Below are positions 1 to 7,847 of a stretch of 64,000 nucleotides of DNA, in pieces (the first letter of the stretch is position 1; the number at the start of each line of letters is the position of its first letter). The notes below the pieces were generated by a model that was given only the letters and a program-made list of their open reading frames with translations, searched no databases and was not told the DNA's origin. The translations under genes were made by a program, and so were the position numbers. This stretch comes from Planctomycetota bacterium (GTDB lineage: Bacteria; Planctomycetota; JAJSAM01; JAJVHW01), in NCBI GenBank assembly GCA_965248445.1, contig CBDFJG010000003.1:1395069-1459068 (forward strand), given 5' to 3'.

Positions 1-1
1 C

Positions 2-355
2 TTACAAGCTCGTGTTGGGCCGCGGAACGGAGGCGAAGCCTGACTCGGGGGCAGCGCCGGCACGCCGTTGATCCCCCTGCGACGCGTCGGCGTTCGTGCC
101 CACCTCCGCGCCATCGCCAGGCCCCGCGTCCGAACGGGTGTGGATTGCATCGAACAGTGGGCGACCACACACGCGGCACGGACGCGTGGTCGCCAGTACC
201 CCGAAGTCGCCACCGTGGAACATGTGCGACTGAGCGGGGTCGATGCCGGAGATGTCCGGTGGCGTCGCCCTCCGCCTGCGCTCGTCTTCCACGCCGGCTG
301 CGCGCGCAGCGTCGAGGGCGAAGGCGACGGCGCGGATGTTGGGCGCCTTCGTCAC
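2..355 (-). CDS. hypothetical protein (117 aa), weakly supported
   Basis: ATG-to-TAA ORF divergent from the HTH fragment. No recognisable motif. Spurious ORFs are common at this GC content. Confidence 0.25.
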   Translation of the reverse strand: MTKAPNIRAVAFALDAARAAGVEDERRRRATPPDISGIDPAQSHMFHGGDFGVLATTRPCRVCGRPLFDAIHTRSDAGPGDGAEVGTNADASQGDQRRAGAAPESGFASVPRPNTSL

Positions 356-366
356 GGACGCATGAG

Positions 367-556
367 GTGGCGTTGCCCTTTGCCCACCTCAAGCTCCGAG
401 CCTGGAGAGCACCGTACCCCGGCTACCCGCGCGAGCTTCGTCACATCGGCGACCACCTCCGCCGCCGCCGCCTAGAGCTCGGTCAACACCAAGGAGGTGC
501 GGCAATACAGATGGGCGTGAGCACAGCCGCGGTGATCAAGTGGGAGCTGCGGGACG
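367..556 (+). pseudogene. XRE/Cro-type helix-turn-helix regulator, 3'-truncated by the IS3 insertion
   Basis: Translation VALPFAHLKLRAWRAPYPGYPRELRHIGDHLRRRRLELGQHQGGAAIQMGVSTAAVIKWELRD has the HTH pattern (LRRRRLELG..Q...A...GVS...V..WE). The frame runs straight into the IS3 left inverted repeat at 557. The GTG start is a guess. Confidence 0.5.
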
Positions 557-589
557 TGTCAACGACTTTGAGACACCGCGTCTTCGAGT

Positions 590-1672
590 TTAGTGAGCAG
601 CCTCCTGTGTCGCAGTCTCCAGCGCCGCGAGTTCCCGGGCCGGCGGGTTGATCCACGTCTCGGTCGGCAGAGCCGGCGGCGTCGGCGCACGGCGCACGAA
701 GCGCTCGGGATGCGCCGCGTACGCGGCATCGAGCACGACCGAGCGCGCGGCGACGGCCGCTTCGGCGCGGCCGTAGTGCACGGTCTCGGGCGTCAGCAGC
801 CCGAGACTCGAGTGACGATGCTCGCGGTTGTACCAGTGGAAAAAGGCGCGGCAGTGCGCCCGCGCGTCCTCGATGCAGCCGAAGCGCGCTGGGAAGTCCG
901 GCCGGTACTTCAGCGTGCGGAATTGGCTCTCGGAAAACGGATTGTCATTCGACGTGTACGGCCGGCTGTGCGACTTCGTCACGCCGAGATCGGCGAGCAG
1001 AAAGGCCACCGGCTTGCTGATCATCGGCGGCCCCCGATCGGAGTGGATCGTGAGCTGCTCCGCCGCGATCCCCTGCTTCTCGCAGGACTGCTCGATGAGT
1101 GCCGTCGCCAGCGCACCGCTCTCGCAGTCCGCCAGCATCCAGCCCACGACGTTGCGGGAGTAGATGTCGAGCACGACGTAGAGATAGAAGTAGCTCCACT
1201 TCACCGGGCCGCGGAGCTTGGTGATGTCCCAGCTCCAGACCTGGTTCGGGGAGGTCGCGAGGAGCTCGGGCTTCTTGTACGCGGGATGACGCAGCTGGTT
1301 GCGGCGCTCACGCACAGCACCAGCCGCACCGAGGATGCGGTACATCGTGCGCACCGAGCACAGGTAGCGTCCCTCGTCGAGCAGGATCGCCCACGCCGCA
1401 AGCGGTGACAGATCGCAGAAGCGCTCCTCGCTCAGCACCGCGAGTACGGTAAGACGCTCGTCGATCGTGAGGGCGCGCGGCGAGCGCCGGCGCGGCTGCT
1501 GGGGCCGGGGGCACGTGCGTGCCGTTCGGCGCCGATAGAGCGTGGCGCGCGTGACTCCGAGCGCGCGGCACGCGGGGGCGACGCCCACGCGTCCCCCCAG
1601 CTCCTCCGCCGCAATCACGTGTCGCTCCCGCTCGTCTCGGGCATCTCGATGCCCAGCAGCCGTGAGACTTTT
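590..1672 (-). CDS. IS3-family transposase OrfB (DDE integrase core), expressed as an OrfAB fusion by -1 frameshift
   Basis: rve-type core: WSWDITKL..YFYLYVVLDIYSRNVVGW..HSDRGPPMISK..SHSRPYTSNDNPFSESQFRTLKY..YNREHRHSSLG. The frame is open from 1843, in the -1 frame relative to orfA. The upper bound is set at the slippery site. Confidence 0.85.
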   Translation of the reverse strand, partial: KSLTAAGHRDARDERERHVIAAEELGGRVGVAPACRALGVTRATLYRRRTARTCPRPQQPRRRSPRALTIDERLTVLAVLSEERFCDLSPLAAWAILLDEGRYLCSVRTMYRILGAAGAVRERRNQLRHPAYKKPELLATSPNQVWSWDITKLRGPVKWSYFYLYVVLDIYSRNVVGWMLADCESGALATALIEQSCEKQGIAAEQLTIHSDRGPPMISKPVAFLLADLGVTKSHSRPYTSNDNPFSESQFRTLKYRPDFPARFGCIEDARAHCRAFFHWYNREHRHSSLGLLTPETVHYGRAEAAVAARSVVLDAAYAAHPERFVRRAPTPPALPTETWINPPARELAALETATQEAAH

Positions 1673-2133
1673 CGCTGCACGTCGATGATCACCTCGGCCG
1701 TCTCGAGCCGCTTCTCGAGACGGGCGACTTCGCGCTCGAGCTGCTCGTTGCGCTTCTTGAGCGCACGGTCCGGATCGGGCTTGGGACCACGCCGCTTGGG
1801 CGAGAGCGCCTCGAGCTGGCCCTGGTCCCGCGCGCGCCGCCACGTCAACAAGTGCGAGGAGTACAGCCCCTCACGGCGCAAGAGAGCGCCGATCTCGCCG
1901 GGCTTCGTGCACGCGTCCGCCGCCTCGATGATCCGTAGCTTGTACGCGGCGCCAAAGCGCCGCCGCGAGGCGCGCGGCACGACCTCGGGGTCGCGCACCC
2001 CAACGTCCCCCGGGCCGCGCGCCCCGGGGGAGCCCCCTCCGCCTCGATCGCGCTCGCTATGCTCGCCCTCCCTCGGCTCCGGGATCTCCCCCGGCGCTGT
2101 GTTGTGGTTGTTCGTCATCGCTGGTTCCTCCAC
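1615..2133 (-). CDS. IS3-family transposase OrfA (HTH / leucine-zipper part)
   Basis: 172 aa containing KLRIIEAADACTKPGEIGALLRREGLYSSHLLTWRRARDQG and a coiled-coil tail (NEQLEREVARLEKRLETAEVIIDVQRK), typical of IS3 OrfA. Confidence 0.85.
   Translation of the reverse strand: MEEPAMTNNHNTAPGEIPEPREGEHSERDRGGGGSPGARGPGDVGVRDPEVVPRASRRRFGAAYKLRIIEAADACTKPGEIGALLRREGLYSSHLLTWRRARDQGQLEALSPKRRGPKPDPDRALKKRNEQLEREVARLEKRLETAEVIIDVQRKVSRLLGIEMPETSGSDT
1634..1674 (-). promoter_or_regulatory. programmed -1 ribosomal frameshift signal of the IS3 (A_AAA_G slippery site plus downstream stem-loop)
   Basis: Minus strand reads CAG CGA AAA GTC in the orfA frame, and the orfB frame is exactly -1 here (GCG AAA AGT). 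Immediately downstream is GTCTC-ACGGCTGCT-GGGCATC-GA-GATGCCC-GAGAC, a nested perfect stem. Confidence 0.6.
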
Positions 2134-2380
2134 CGCCCTGCACAGTAATCATCCGTGGGGTCGGTGTCTCAGCCACGTTGGCACAGAGGGCTCTGCCGCC
2201 GCCCTGCCCTGGTAGGCGTGCGTCACGTTCGCGGCTCTCCGCGGCGGGGTCCGGCGAGGCGTTTCATCCGTCACACCCTCTTTGGTGCCGGGGAGAGCGC
2301 GAATATACCCACTTTCTCAGGGCAGGAGTTCACGAGTGCTGAGCCGACACACTGGCTCGGGACCCGCATGTCGTACGTCG

Positions 2381-2605
2381 TCAGTCCGGTTGGGCGTCGG
2401 CCGGAGAGTCCGGCTGGGCGTTCTCTCGGGAGTTCGGCTGGGCGTCGGCCGGAGAGTCCGGCTGGGCGTTCTCTCGGGAGTCTGGCTGGGCGTCGGCCGG
2501 AGAGTCCGGAGCGGCATTGGTGGGAGAGCGGGGGGACGCGTTCGCGGCGTCCTCGGTGCAGTCTCCGCAGCCGGCCACGAAAACCGTCGCGAGGGTGAGG
2601 CGGAG
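2381..2605 (-). pseudogene. lipoprotein gene remnant (5' end removed by the IS66-family insertion) with repetitive acidic/proline tail
   Basis: At the IS66 boundary the frame reads LRLTLATVFVAGCGDC (h-region plus lipobox), but the Met and n-region codons lie inside the IS. The rest is PDSPADAQ / PDSRENAQ repeats. The fragment is boxed between IS3 (ends 2183) and IS66 (starts 2606). Confidence 0.45.
2384..2510. repeat. tandem repeat, alternating 24-bp units (48-bp period), about 5 units
   Basis: GTCCGGYTGGGCGT followed alternately by CGGCCGGAGA or TCTCTCGGGA, read directly. In-frame on the minus strand. Confidence 0.9.
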
Positions 2606-4137
2606 GTACCCGTTCAGGGTATGACGGTCCGCGGCCTCAGCGCGTGATCGGGAGCGCGACGAGAGCCGGCGGCGAGCGGTTGTGCGCGAGTGCCGCGCTG
2701 ACGTCTGCGAGGTAATCGAAGACGCTCTCGCCACGCTGGCGGAGCGTGGCGGTGACGGTCAGGATGCGCTCGACGAAGCGGAGTCCGCGCTCGCTCTGAC
2801 TTCCGTGCGTTGCGCGTCTCCACAGGACCGGCTTGCGCACCGCGCGCTCAGCGGCGTTGTTCGTCGGGGAGACGCCAGGGACGTCGGCGAAGGTCCACAG
2901 AGCCTCCGCTCGGTCGAGCAGATGCCGAGTCGTTCCGCGTACTCGGCGGTGCTTGCTGTCTGCGCCGCGCACGAGCAGCGTCAGGAGTCGGTCCCATGTG
3001 AGACGCAGCTCACGCCGCATGCGGTCGCGGTCCCCGTGCTCGCCGAAGTGACGCTGAGCTCGCATGACAGCCTGGGCGAGACGCACGGCCTGCTTGCCGA
3101 AGCGCCGGCCGCCGCGCGAGCCCTCGGCCAGCGCTCGAAAGTCCCTCTCGAGATGCGCCCAGCAGATCTGGCGGCGCTCGGTGGGATGCTGGTCGTAAGC
3201 GCCCATACGGTCGGTCACGAGGACGCCCCTGAAGCGCTTGCCCACGAGTCGCCGCATGGCCTTGGCGCTCCTGCGCCGATCGATACGATGGACCGTGGCG
3301 TGCTCACAGACCGCGCTCCACAGCCAATGCAGCGTGCCACGACGCGACCACGGTGTCTCGTCTACATAGGCGACGCTGCTCGTGCGTACGGCCCCGAGGG
3401 CCTCGATGTGCGCTGAGGAGATGGCTCCCGACACCCGCTCCTCGATCGCACTGACCGTGCCCGGTGACATCGAGACGCCGATGACGTCACGCAACAGACG
3501 ACTGGTCTCGCGCCGCGACAGGCGGAAGACGCCGACCAGAGCCGCGGTGAGCGCACAGAGTCGCGGGCCGAAGGGACTCGCCGTCACACCGCTTGGCAGC
3601 GAGGCAGTGGACGTGGCGCCACAGTCCGTGCACCGTGCCCGGTGCAACCGGTGCTCGGTCACCTGGATCAGCCGTGGCGGGACCTCGAAGACCTGCTGGC
3701 GTGTCGGGGCGCGATCGATCGGGACGAGCACGTCGCTCCCACACGCGCTGCACTCGCGCGGGCGGTGGTCCTCTACGCCATCGACCTCGGACTCGTCCAC
3801 GAGCTTGCGCGTCGCCCCTTTGTGGCCGGGCTGCGCACCCTGGCGCTTGTCCGACGGCGGCTTGCGCCGCCGCCGCTTCTTGGACCACGACGGATCCGAG
3901 GACGGTGGGCGCGAGGAGGTGCGGGAGTCCCGGCGAAGACGGCTCTCGAGATCGTCGATCCGTGCCGCCTGCCGCTCGATCACCTCCGCCTGCTCGGCAA
4001 TCGTCTCGTCCCGAGCGTCCAGACGACGGGTCAGGCGCTCGACCAGATCACGCAGCTCATCGGTGCCCACATCCGATTCATCGACCGAACGGAAAGCGAT
4101 CTGGATCCGAGCTCAGAACCAAGGGCTGAACGGGTAC
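2606..4137 (-). mobile_element. IS66-family insertion sequence, single-ORF (ISBst12-like) type, copy 1
   Basis: 12-bp perfect terminal inverted repeat GTACCCGTTCAG (2606..2617 and the reverse complement of 4126..4137), with the GTA start typical of IS66 ends. About 1.5 kb with only the TnpC-like ORF. No 8-bp target duplication seen (AGGCGGAG against GCGTAGCG). Confidence 0.75.
2637..4070 (-). CDS. IS66-family transposase (TnpC-like)
   Basis: 477 aa. N-terminal leucine-zipper-like region, GAQPGHKG, zinc-finger CSACG...CTDCG, DDE region YVDETPW...LWSAV, ICWAHLERDF, and SPTNNAAERAVRKPVLWRR. Confidence 0.9.
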   Translation of the reverse strand: MGTDELRDLVERLTRRLDARDETIAEQAEVIERQAARIDDLESRLRRDSRTSSRPPSSDPSWSKKRRRRKPPSDKRQGAQPGHKGATRKLVDESEVDGVEDHRPRECSACGSDVLVPIDRAPTRQQVFEVPPRLIQVTEHRLHRARCTDCGATSTASLPSGVTASPFGPRLCALTAALVGVFRLSRRETSRLLRDVIGVSMSPGTVSAIEERVSGAISSAHIEALGAVRTSSVAYVDETPWSRRGTLHWLWSAVCEHATVHRIDRRRSAKAMRRLVGKRFRGVLVTDRMGAYDQHPTERRQICWAHLERDFRALAEGSRGGRRFGKQAVRLAQAVMRAQRHFGEHGDRDRMRRELRLTWDRLLTLLVRGADSKHRRVRGTTRHLLDRAEALWTFADVPGVSPTNNAAERAVRKPVLWRRATHGSQSERGLRFVERILTVTATLRQRGESVFDYLADVSAALAHNRSPPALVALPITR

Positions 4138-4140
4138 GCG

Positions 4141-4243
4141 TAGCGAGCGGCGTGACACCCCGGAGTGAGCCGCCTCCGTAGCAGAGACTGCGTAGGAGGG
4201 AGACAAACTGACAAGGAGCGGCGCAAGGATCGCTGCACGATCC
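4141..4243 (+). repeat. structured two-hairpin repeat element, copy 1 (5' part apparently cut by the IS66 end)
   Basis: TAGCGAG..GCGTGAC..CCTCC-GTA-GCAG-aga-CTGC-GTA-GGAGG-GAGACAA, then hairpin GGATCG-ctgca-CGATCC. Homologous to 34118..34261. The transcribed strand is unknown. Confidence 0.5.
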
Positions 4244-4259
4244 GAGTGACGCGACGCAG

Positions 4260-4796
4260 TCAGTCTTCGACGTAGATCTCAGTGGCGTTCACGACGAGCA
4301 CACCCGGATCCGGGCGCGGGCCGACGGTGCCCTTCACGATGAGCACGCTCAGCTCCTTCATCCCGCCGGCACCGTCCAGCGTCGCCTTGAGCGGGCGGCC
4401 GTCGGCGCCGACGACCTGGAGCGTCAGCGTTCCGGCCACGATGGCCTCCTGCGTCATGCAGCAGTAGTCCCACGGCGTTTCGCAGCCGTCGCCCATGACG
4501 TCACACGACTCGATCGAGACGTCGCTGCCGAGCATCAACGCGGCGCGACCGGCAACGAATGGCTTGTCGCCGCCGGCGACCTTGCCGCGCACGATCACGA
4601 CGTCGCCCTCCTTCGTGCTCTTCTTGACCTCTGTGACGTCGAGGGCGCCGTCGGGCGCCGCATCGACGAAGAGCGTCGCCGGGAGCGCGACCGCGGTGGC
4701 CGTGCCGTTGTCCTTCGGCGGCGCGTCCTCACCGTTGCACGCGGGAAGCGCGAGAGCCATCGCCAGTAGTGCGGCCAGAGTGATTCGTTTCGTCAT
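4260..4796 (-). CDS. Cys-rich lipoprotein (178 aa), last gene of the ABC export operon
   Basis: MTKRITLAALLAMALALPAC signal plus lipobox, with Cys cluster C-x6-C-x6-CC (SIESCDVMGDGCETPWDYCCM). The start was chosen at the signal peptide; the 384-aa ORF in the track is an Arg-rich upstream extension overlapping the permease gene. Confidence 0.75.
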   Translation of the reverse strand: MTKRITLAALLAMALALPACNGEDAPPKDNGTATAVALPATLFVDAAPDGALDVTEVKKSTKEGDVVIVRGKVAGGDKPFVAGRAALMLGSDVSIESCDVMGDGCETPWDYCCMTQEAIVAGTLTLQVVGADGRPLKATLDGAGGMKELSVLIVKGTVGPRPDPGVLVVNATEIYVED

Positions 4797-4834
4797 GGTG
4801 TCCCTCGGAACAGTTGGTGTGTGTGTGTTGAACT

Positions 4835-6001
4835 TCATCCTGATCGCAACGCCTGCGCCACGGGTACCGACAGGCAGCGTATGGCGGGCGGCAGTGCACC
4901 GAACACGCCGACCAGTATCCCGGCGACGAGGCCCGTGAGGACCACACCGCCGTCGATCGAGAGCCCGAAGGCGCCCATCGAGATCTTCACCGCCAGACCG
5001 TCCAGGAGAGCGAATCCAGTGAGCGTCGCGAGAAGTGCTCCGATCACCGACCCGAGCACGGACTCCTGCACGAGCGAGATCACGATCGCCAGGCGCGAGT
5101 ACCCCACCGCCTGGAGCGTCGCGAGTTCGCGGATGCGCGCAGAGAACGCGGCGTAGAGCGTGTTCAGCCCGCCGAGCAGAGCGCCGTCCGCGACGAGGAA
5201 CGCGGTAACCCAGACCATCCAGCGCACCGGCGCGTAGAACGCGAAAAGGTCGTCGTAGTACTCCTGCTCGGGGATCGCGACCAGTTCGAGGTCGAGACGC
5301 TGCTTGGTGAAGAGATCGGCATCCTCGAAGCCTTCCGCCGTGTCCATGGTCAGCACGACGGACGAGAGGTGGTCCCGCTTCGTCGTCACGCGCAAGTCCT
5401 CGAGGCCGACCCACAACTCCGCCTCCATGACCGTGCTGGGCGCCTCGAACGTGCCGACCACCGTGAAGTCGCGATCGTCGAGACGGATGACCGCGCCGGG
5501 ACGCAAGTCGTCCGGGTCCACACCCAGCCGGGCGGACGCGAGTCGGCCGGCGACGATCTCGTCGGGGCCCGGCGTGCGTCCCTCGATCAGCCGGAACTCC
5601 GGATGCACAAGATAGGCGGCGTCGCGCACGCCGCGGAACGTCGCGAACACCGTACGGGTCTCCTTGCCCTTCAGTTCGGCCACGGTCGCGAAGACGATCT
5701 CCGGCGACACATAGCGCACGCCGAAGCGTTCACGGATGCCCGGGATCGAAGCCGATGCGATCCCCGGCGCGGCGCTCGAGATCTCGCTTCGTTCGAGACT
5801 CTCCTCGCTGCCCGCTCCGAGCAGCACGACGTTCGTGCCGACCGCCCGCGCACCGAGGCTCTCGCGCATCCCGTGGACGAAGGCGGCAGCTGCAACGATC
5901 AGCAGCACCACCAGGAACGTGCCGAACACCGTCAGCGCGAAGCGCCACGGCGCGCGTGCGGCGTTGCGCACGGCGTAGTCCCAGGGGATGAGCTTCGGCA
6001 T
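4835..6001 (-). CDS. ABC transporter permease, FtsX/MacB-type
   Basis: 388 aa. N-terminal TM, large periplasmic domain, then the C-terminal FtsX TM bundle (RELATLQAVGYSRLAIVISLVQESVLGSVIGALL). The start overlaps the upstream stop by 1 nt. Confidence 0.85.
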   Translation of the reverse strand: MPKLIPWDYAVRNAARAPWRFALTVFGTFLVVLLIVAAAAFVHGMRESLGARAVGTNVVLLGAGSEESLERSEISSAAPGIASASIPGIRERFGVRYVSPEIVFATVAELKGKETRTVFATFRGVRDAAYLVHPEFRLIEGRTPGPDEIVAGRLASARLGVDPDDLRPGAVIRLDDRDFTVVGTFEAPSTVMEAELWVGLEDLRVTTKRDHLSSVVLTMDTAEGFEDADLFTKQRLDLELVAIPEQEYYDDLFAFYAPVRWMVWVTAFLVADGALLGGLNTLYAAFSARIRELATLQAVGYSRLAIVISLVQESVLGSVIGALLATLTGFALLDGLAVKISMGAFGLSIDGGVVLTGLVAGILVGVFGALPPAIRCLSVPVAQALRSG

Positions 6002-7152
6002 CAGACCGCCCGGAAGGACTCCGCGATGGAGATCCGCGACGCGCGCACGGCCGGAATGACACCGGCCAGCATGCCGAGTCCGGCCGCGACGCCGATCGCG
6101 AACAGCACGCCGATCGGACGGGCCTCGGCGGCGATCGAGAGTCCCTCGTTGGAGAGGCTGAAGTCGTTGAAGGCGAGCAAACCGGCAGCCATGCCGGCGC
6201 CCAACACACCTCCCAGCAATCCGAGGAGCAGACCCTCGGCGACGATCATCCGCCCCACCAGGCCACTCGTGTACCCGAGGGTCTGCAACACGGCGATGTC
6301 GCGCACTCGATCATGCACCGACAGCACGATCGAGTTGGCGACAAGCGCGAGGACGGCCAGCACACAGCTCAACGCAATCCATTTCGTGAATCCGAGCAGC
6401 TCGACCGCCTCGGACGCCGCCCGGGCCACGAACGCCTTCTCGGGGCTCGTGTGCGTCGGCTCCTGCGCGTGCTCGAACTCCGCATCGATGGCCGCGGAGA
6501 CCGTCTCGGCTTCGGTCGGGTCATCGATGTTGACGTTGAACTGCGTGACGATCCCGTCGCCGGACGAGCCCGGTGCGCGCTGGATGAACTCGAGGTCGAC
6601 GTAGGCGACGTTGACGTCTTGCGGCTCGTCCGAGTCGAAGATCCCGGCGACGGTGACCGTGACGCCGTTGGCGTCGAAGCGCTGCCCCACCTTGAAGCCG
6701 CGGCGTTCCGCGAGCGTGCGTCCGACGATCGCCGCGTCGCTGCGGCGCAGCCACGCCTCGAACGAGCCGTCGACGAACGAGAGCCGCTCGCCCTCGGTCG
6801 CCGCGAACCGTGCAGGTCGCACTCCGCGGAACGTCACGACATCGAGACTCGCGCGGCAGTTGCTGACGAGGATCTTCATCGGCGTGACGCTGCGGACGCC
6901 CGGCACCTTGCGGATGCGGGCCTCGTAGTCCTCGGGCAGCTGGCTGGTGAACGGGCAGAAGCGGTTCTCGCGATAGACGACCAGCGTCGTGTCCTCCGCC
7001 GACTTGCCCGTCGCCTCCTCGACGCCGCGCTGGAGCGAGTCCACGAGCGTCAGCAGCAGCATCGCGGACGCGATGCCACCGACAGTGAGCAGCGTGCGGA
7101 TCCGCTGCCTGCGGATCGTCTTGCCCACCAGCGAGAGAAATCTCCACCTCAT
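6001..7152 (-). CDS. ABC transporter permease, FtsX/MacB-type (second paralogue)
   Basis: 383 aa with the same architecture (RDIAVLQTLGYTSGLVGRMIVAEGLLLGLLGG). ATGA overlap with the ATPase gene. Confidence 0.85.
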   Translation of the reverse strand: MRWRFLSLVGKTIRRQRIRTLLTVGGIASAMLLLTLVDSLQRGVEEATGKSAEDTTLVVYRENRFCPFTSQLPEDYEARIRKVPGVRSVTPMKILVSNCRASLDVVTFRGVRPARFAATEGERLSFVDGSFEAWLRRSDAAIVGRTLAERRGFKVGQRFDANGVTVTVAGIFDSDEPQDVNVAYVDLEFIQRAPGSSGDGIVTQFNVNIDDPTEAETVSAAIDAEFEHAQEPTHTSPEKAFVARAASEAVELLGFTKWIALSCVLAVLALVANSIVLSVHDRVRDIAVLQTLGYTSGLVGRMIVAEGLLLGLLGGVLGAGMAAGLLAFNDFSLSNEGLSIAAEARPIGVLFAIGVAAGLGMLAGVIPAVRASRISIAESFRAV

Positions 7153-7847
7153 GATGCGTCCGTCACAGCAGCCGCCGGTTCGATGAGGCGTCCCTTGCGC
7201 AGGTGCACGACGCGCTCGGCACGTTCCGCCGCGCGCGGGTCGTGCGTCACCATGATGAAGGTCTTCCCGAGCTGCGTGTGCAACTCGCCGAGCAGGTCGA
7301 GAATCGCGTTCGCCGAGTCTTCGTCGAGGTCCCCTGTCGGCTCGTCGGCCACGACGATCGGAGGGTCGACGACGATCGCCCGCGCGATCGCAACGCGCTG
7401 CTCCTGACCGCCCGAGAGCTGGCGCGGAAAGTGGTCCGCGCGATCGGTCAGCCCGACCAGTTCGAGAGCCAGCGACACGCGCCGGTGGCGCTCCGTACGC
7501 GATCCCTCGTGCAGGAGCAGCGGCAACTCGACGTTCTCGTAGGCCGTGAGTGTGGGGATCAGGTTGTAGAGCTGGAAGATGTAGCCGATGTTGTGCGAGC
7601 GCCAGCGGGCCAGCGCGTCGCGCCCGAGACTCGTGATGTCCACGCCGTTCACTTCTAGAGAACCGGCGGTCGGCGAGTCGATGCCCGCGATCAGGTTGAG
7701 CAGCGTCGACTTCCCGCTGCCCGACGGGCCCATCAGCGCGACGTACTCGCCCTCGGCGACGTCGAGGTCCAGTTCATCGAGCGGCTTGATGACCTCAGAG
7801 CCCTTCGTGTACGTGCGGGTCAGGCCGCGGCATCGGATCAGAGCCAC
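7149..7847 (-). CDS. ABC transporter ATP-binding protein (MacB/LolD/DevA-like)
   Basis: Walker A GPSGSGKSTLLN, signature LSGGQEQRVAIARA, Walker B VVADEPTGDLD, and the H-loop region MVTHD. Confidence 0.95.
   Translation of the reverse strand: MALIRCRGLTRTYTKGSEVIKPLDELDLDVAEGEYVALMGPSGSGKSTLLNLIAGIDSPTAGSLEVNGVDITSLGRDALARWRSHNIGYIFQLYNLIPTLTAYENVELPLLLHEGSRTERHRRVSLALELVGLTDRADHFPRQLSGGQEQRVAIARAIVVDPPIVVADEPTGDLDEDSANAILDLLGELHTQLGKTFIMVTHDPRAAERAERVVHLRKGRLIEPAAAVTDAS

Larger units (their letters stand above)
557..2183 (-). mobile_element. IS3-family insertion sequence (orfA/orfB with -1 frameshift)
   Basis: Imperfect terminal inverted repeats: TGTCAACGACTTTGAGACACCG (557..578) against the reverse complement of 2162..2183, TGCCAACGTGGCTGAGACACCG. 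Ends are the TG...CA typical of IS3. The two overlapping transposase ORFs lie inside. No matching 3-4 bp target duplication was seen (ACG on the left, CAG on the right). Confidence 0.8.

Noticed and set aside
2384-2510. Tandem repeats here, at 20020..20124 and at 60106..60210 considered as CRISPR arrays
   Set aside because: The units are directly adjacent with no unique spacers, they are 15-24 bp long and in frame within ORFs, and no cas genes are in the window.
4797-5414. N-terminal 206-codon extension of the lipoprotein ORF (track ORF 4260..5414)
   Set aside because: The extension is Arg/Gly-rich and overlaps the FtsX permease coding frame. A canonical signal peptide and lipobox begin at the internal ATG 4796.
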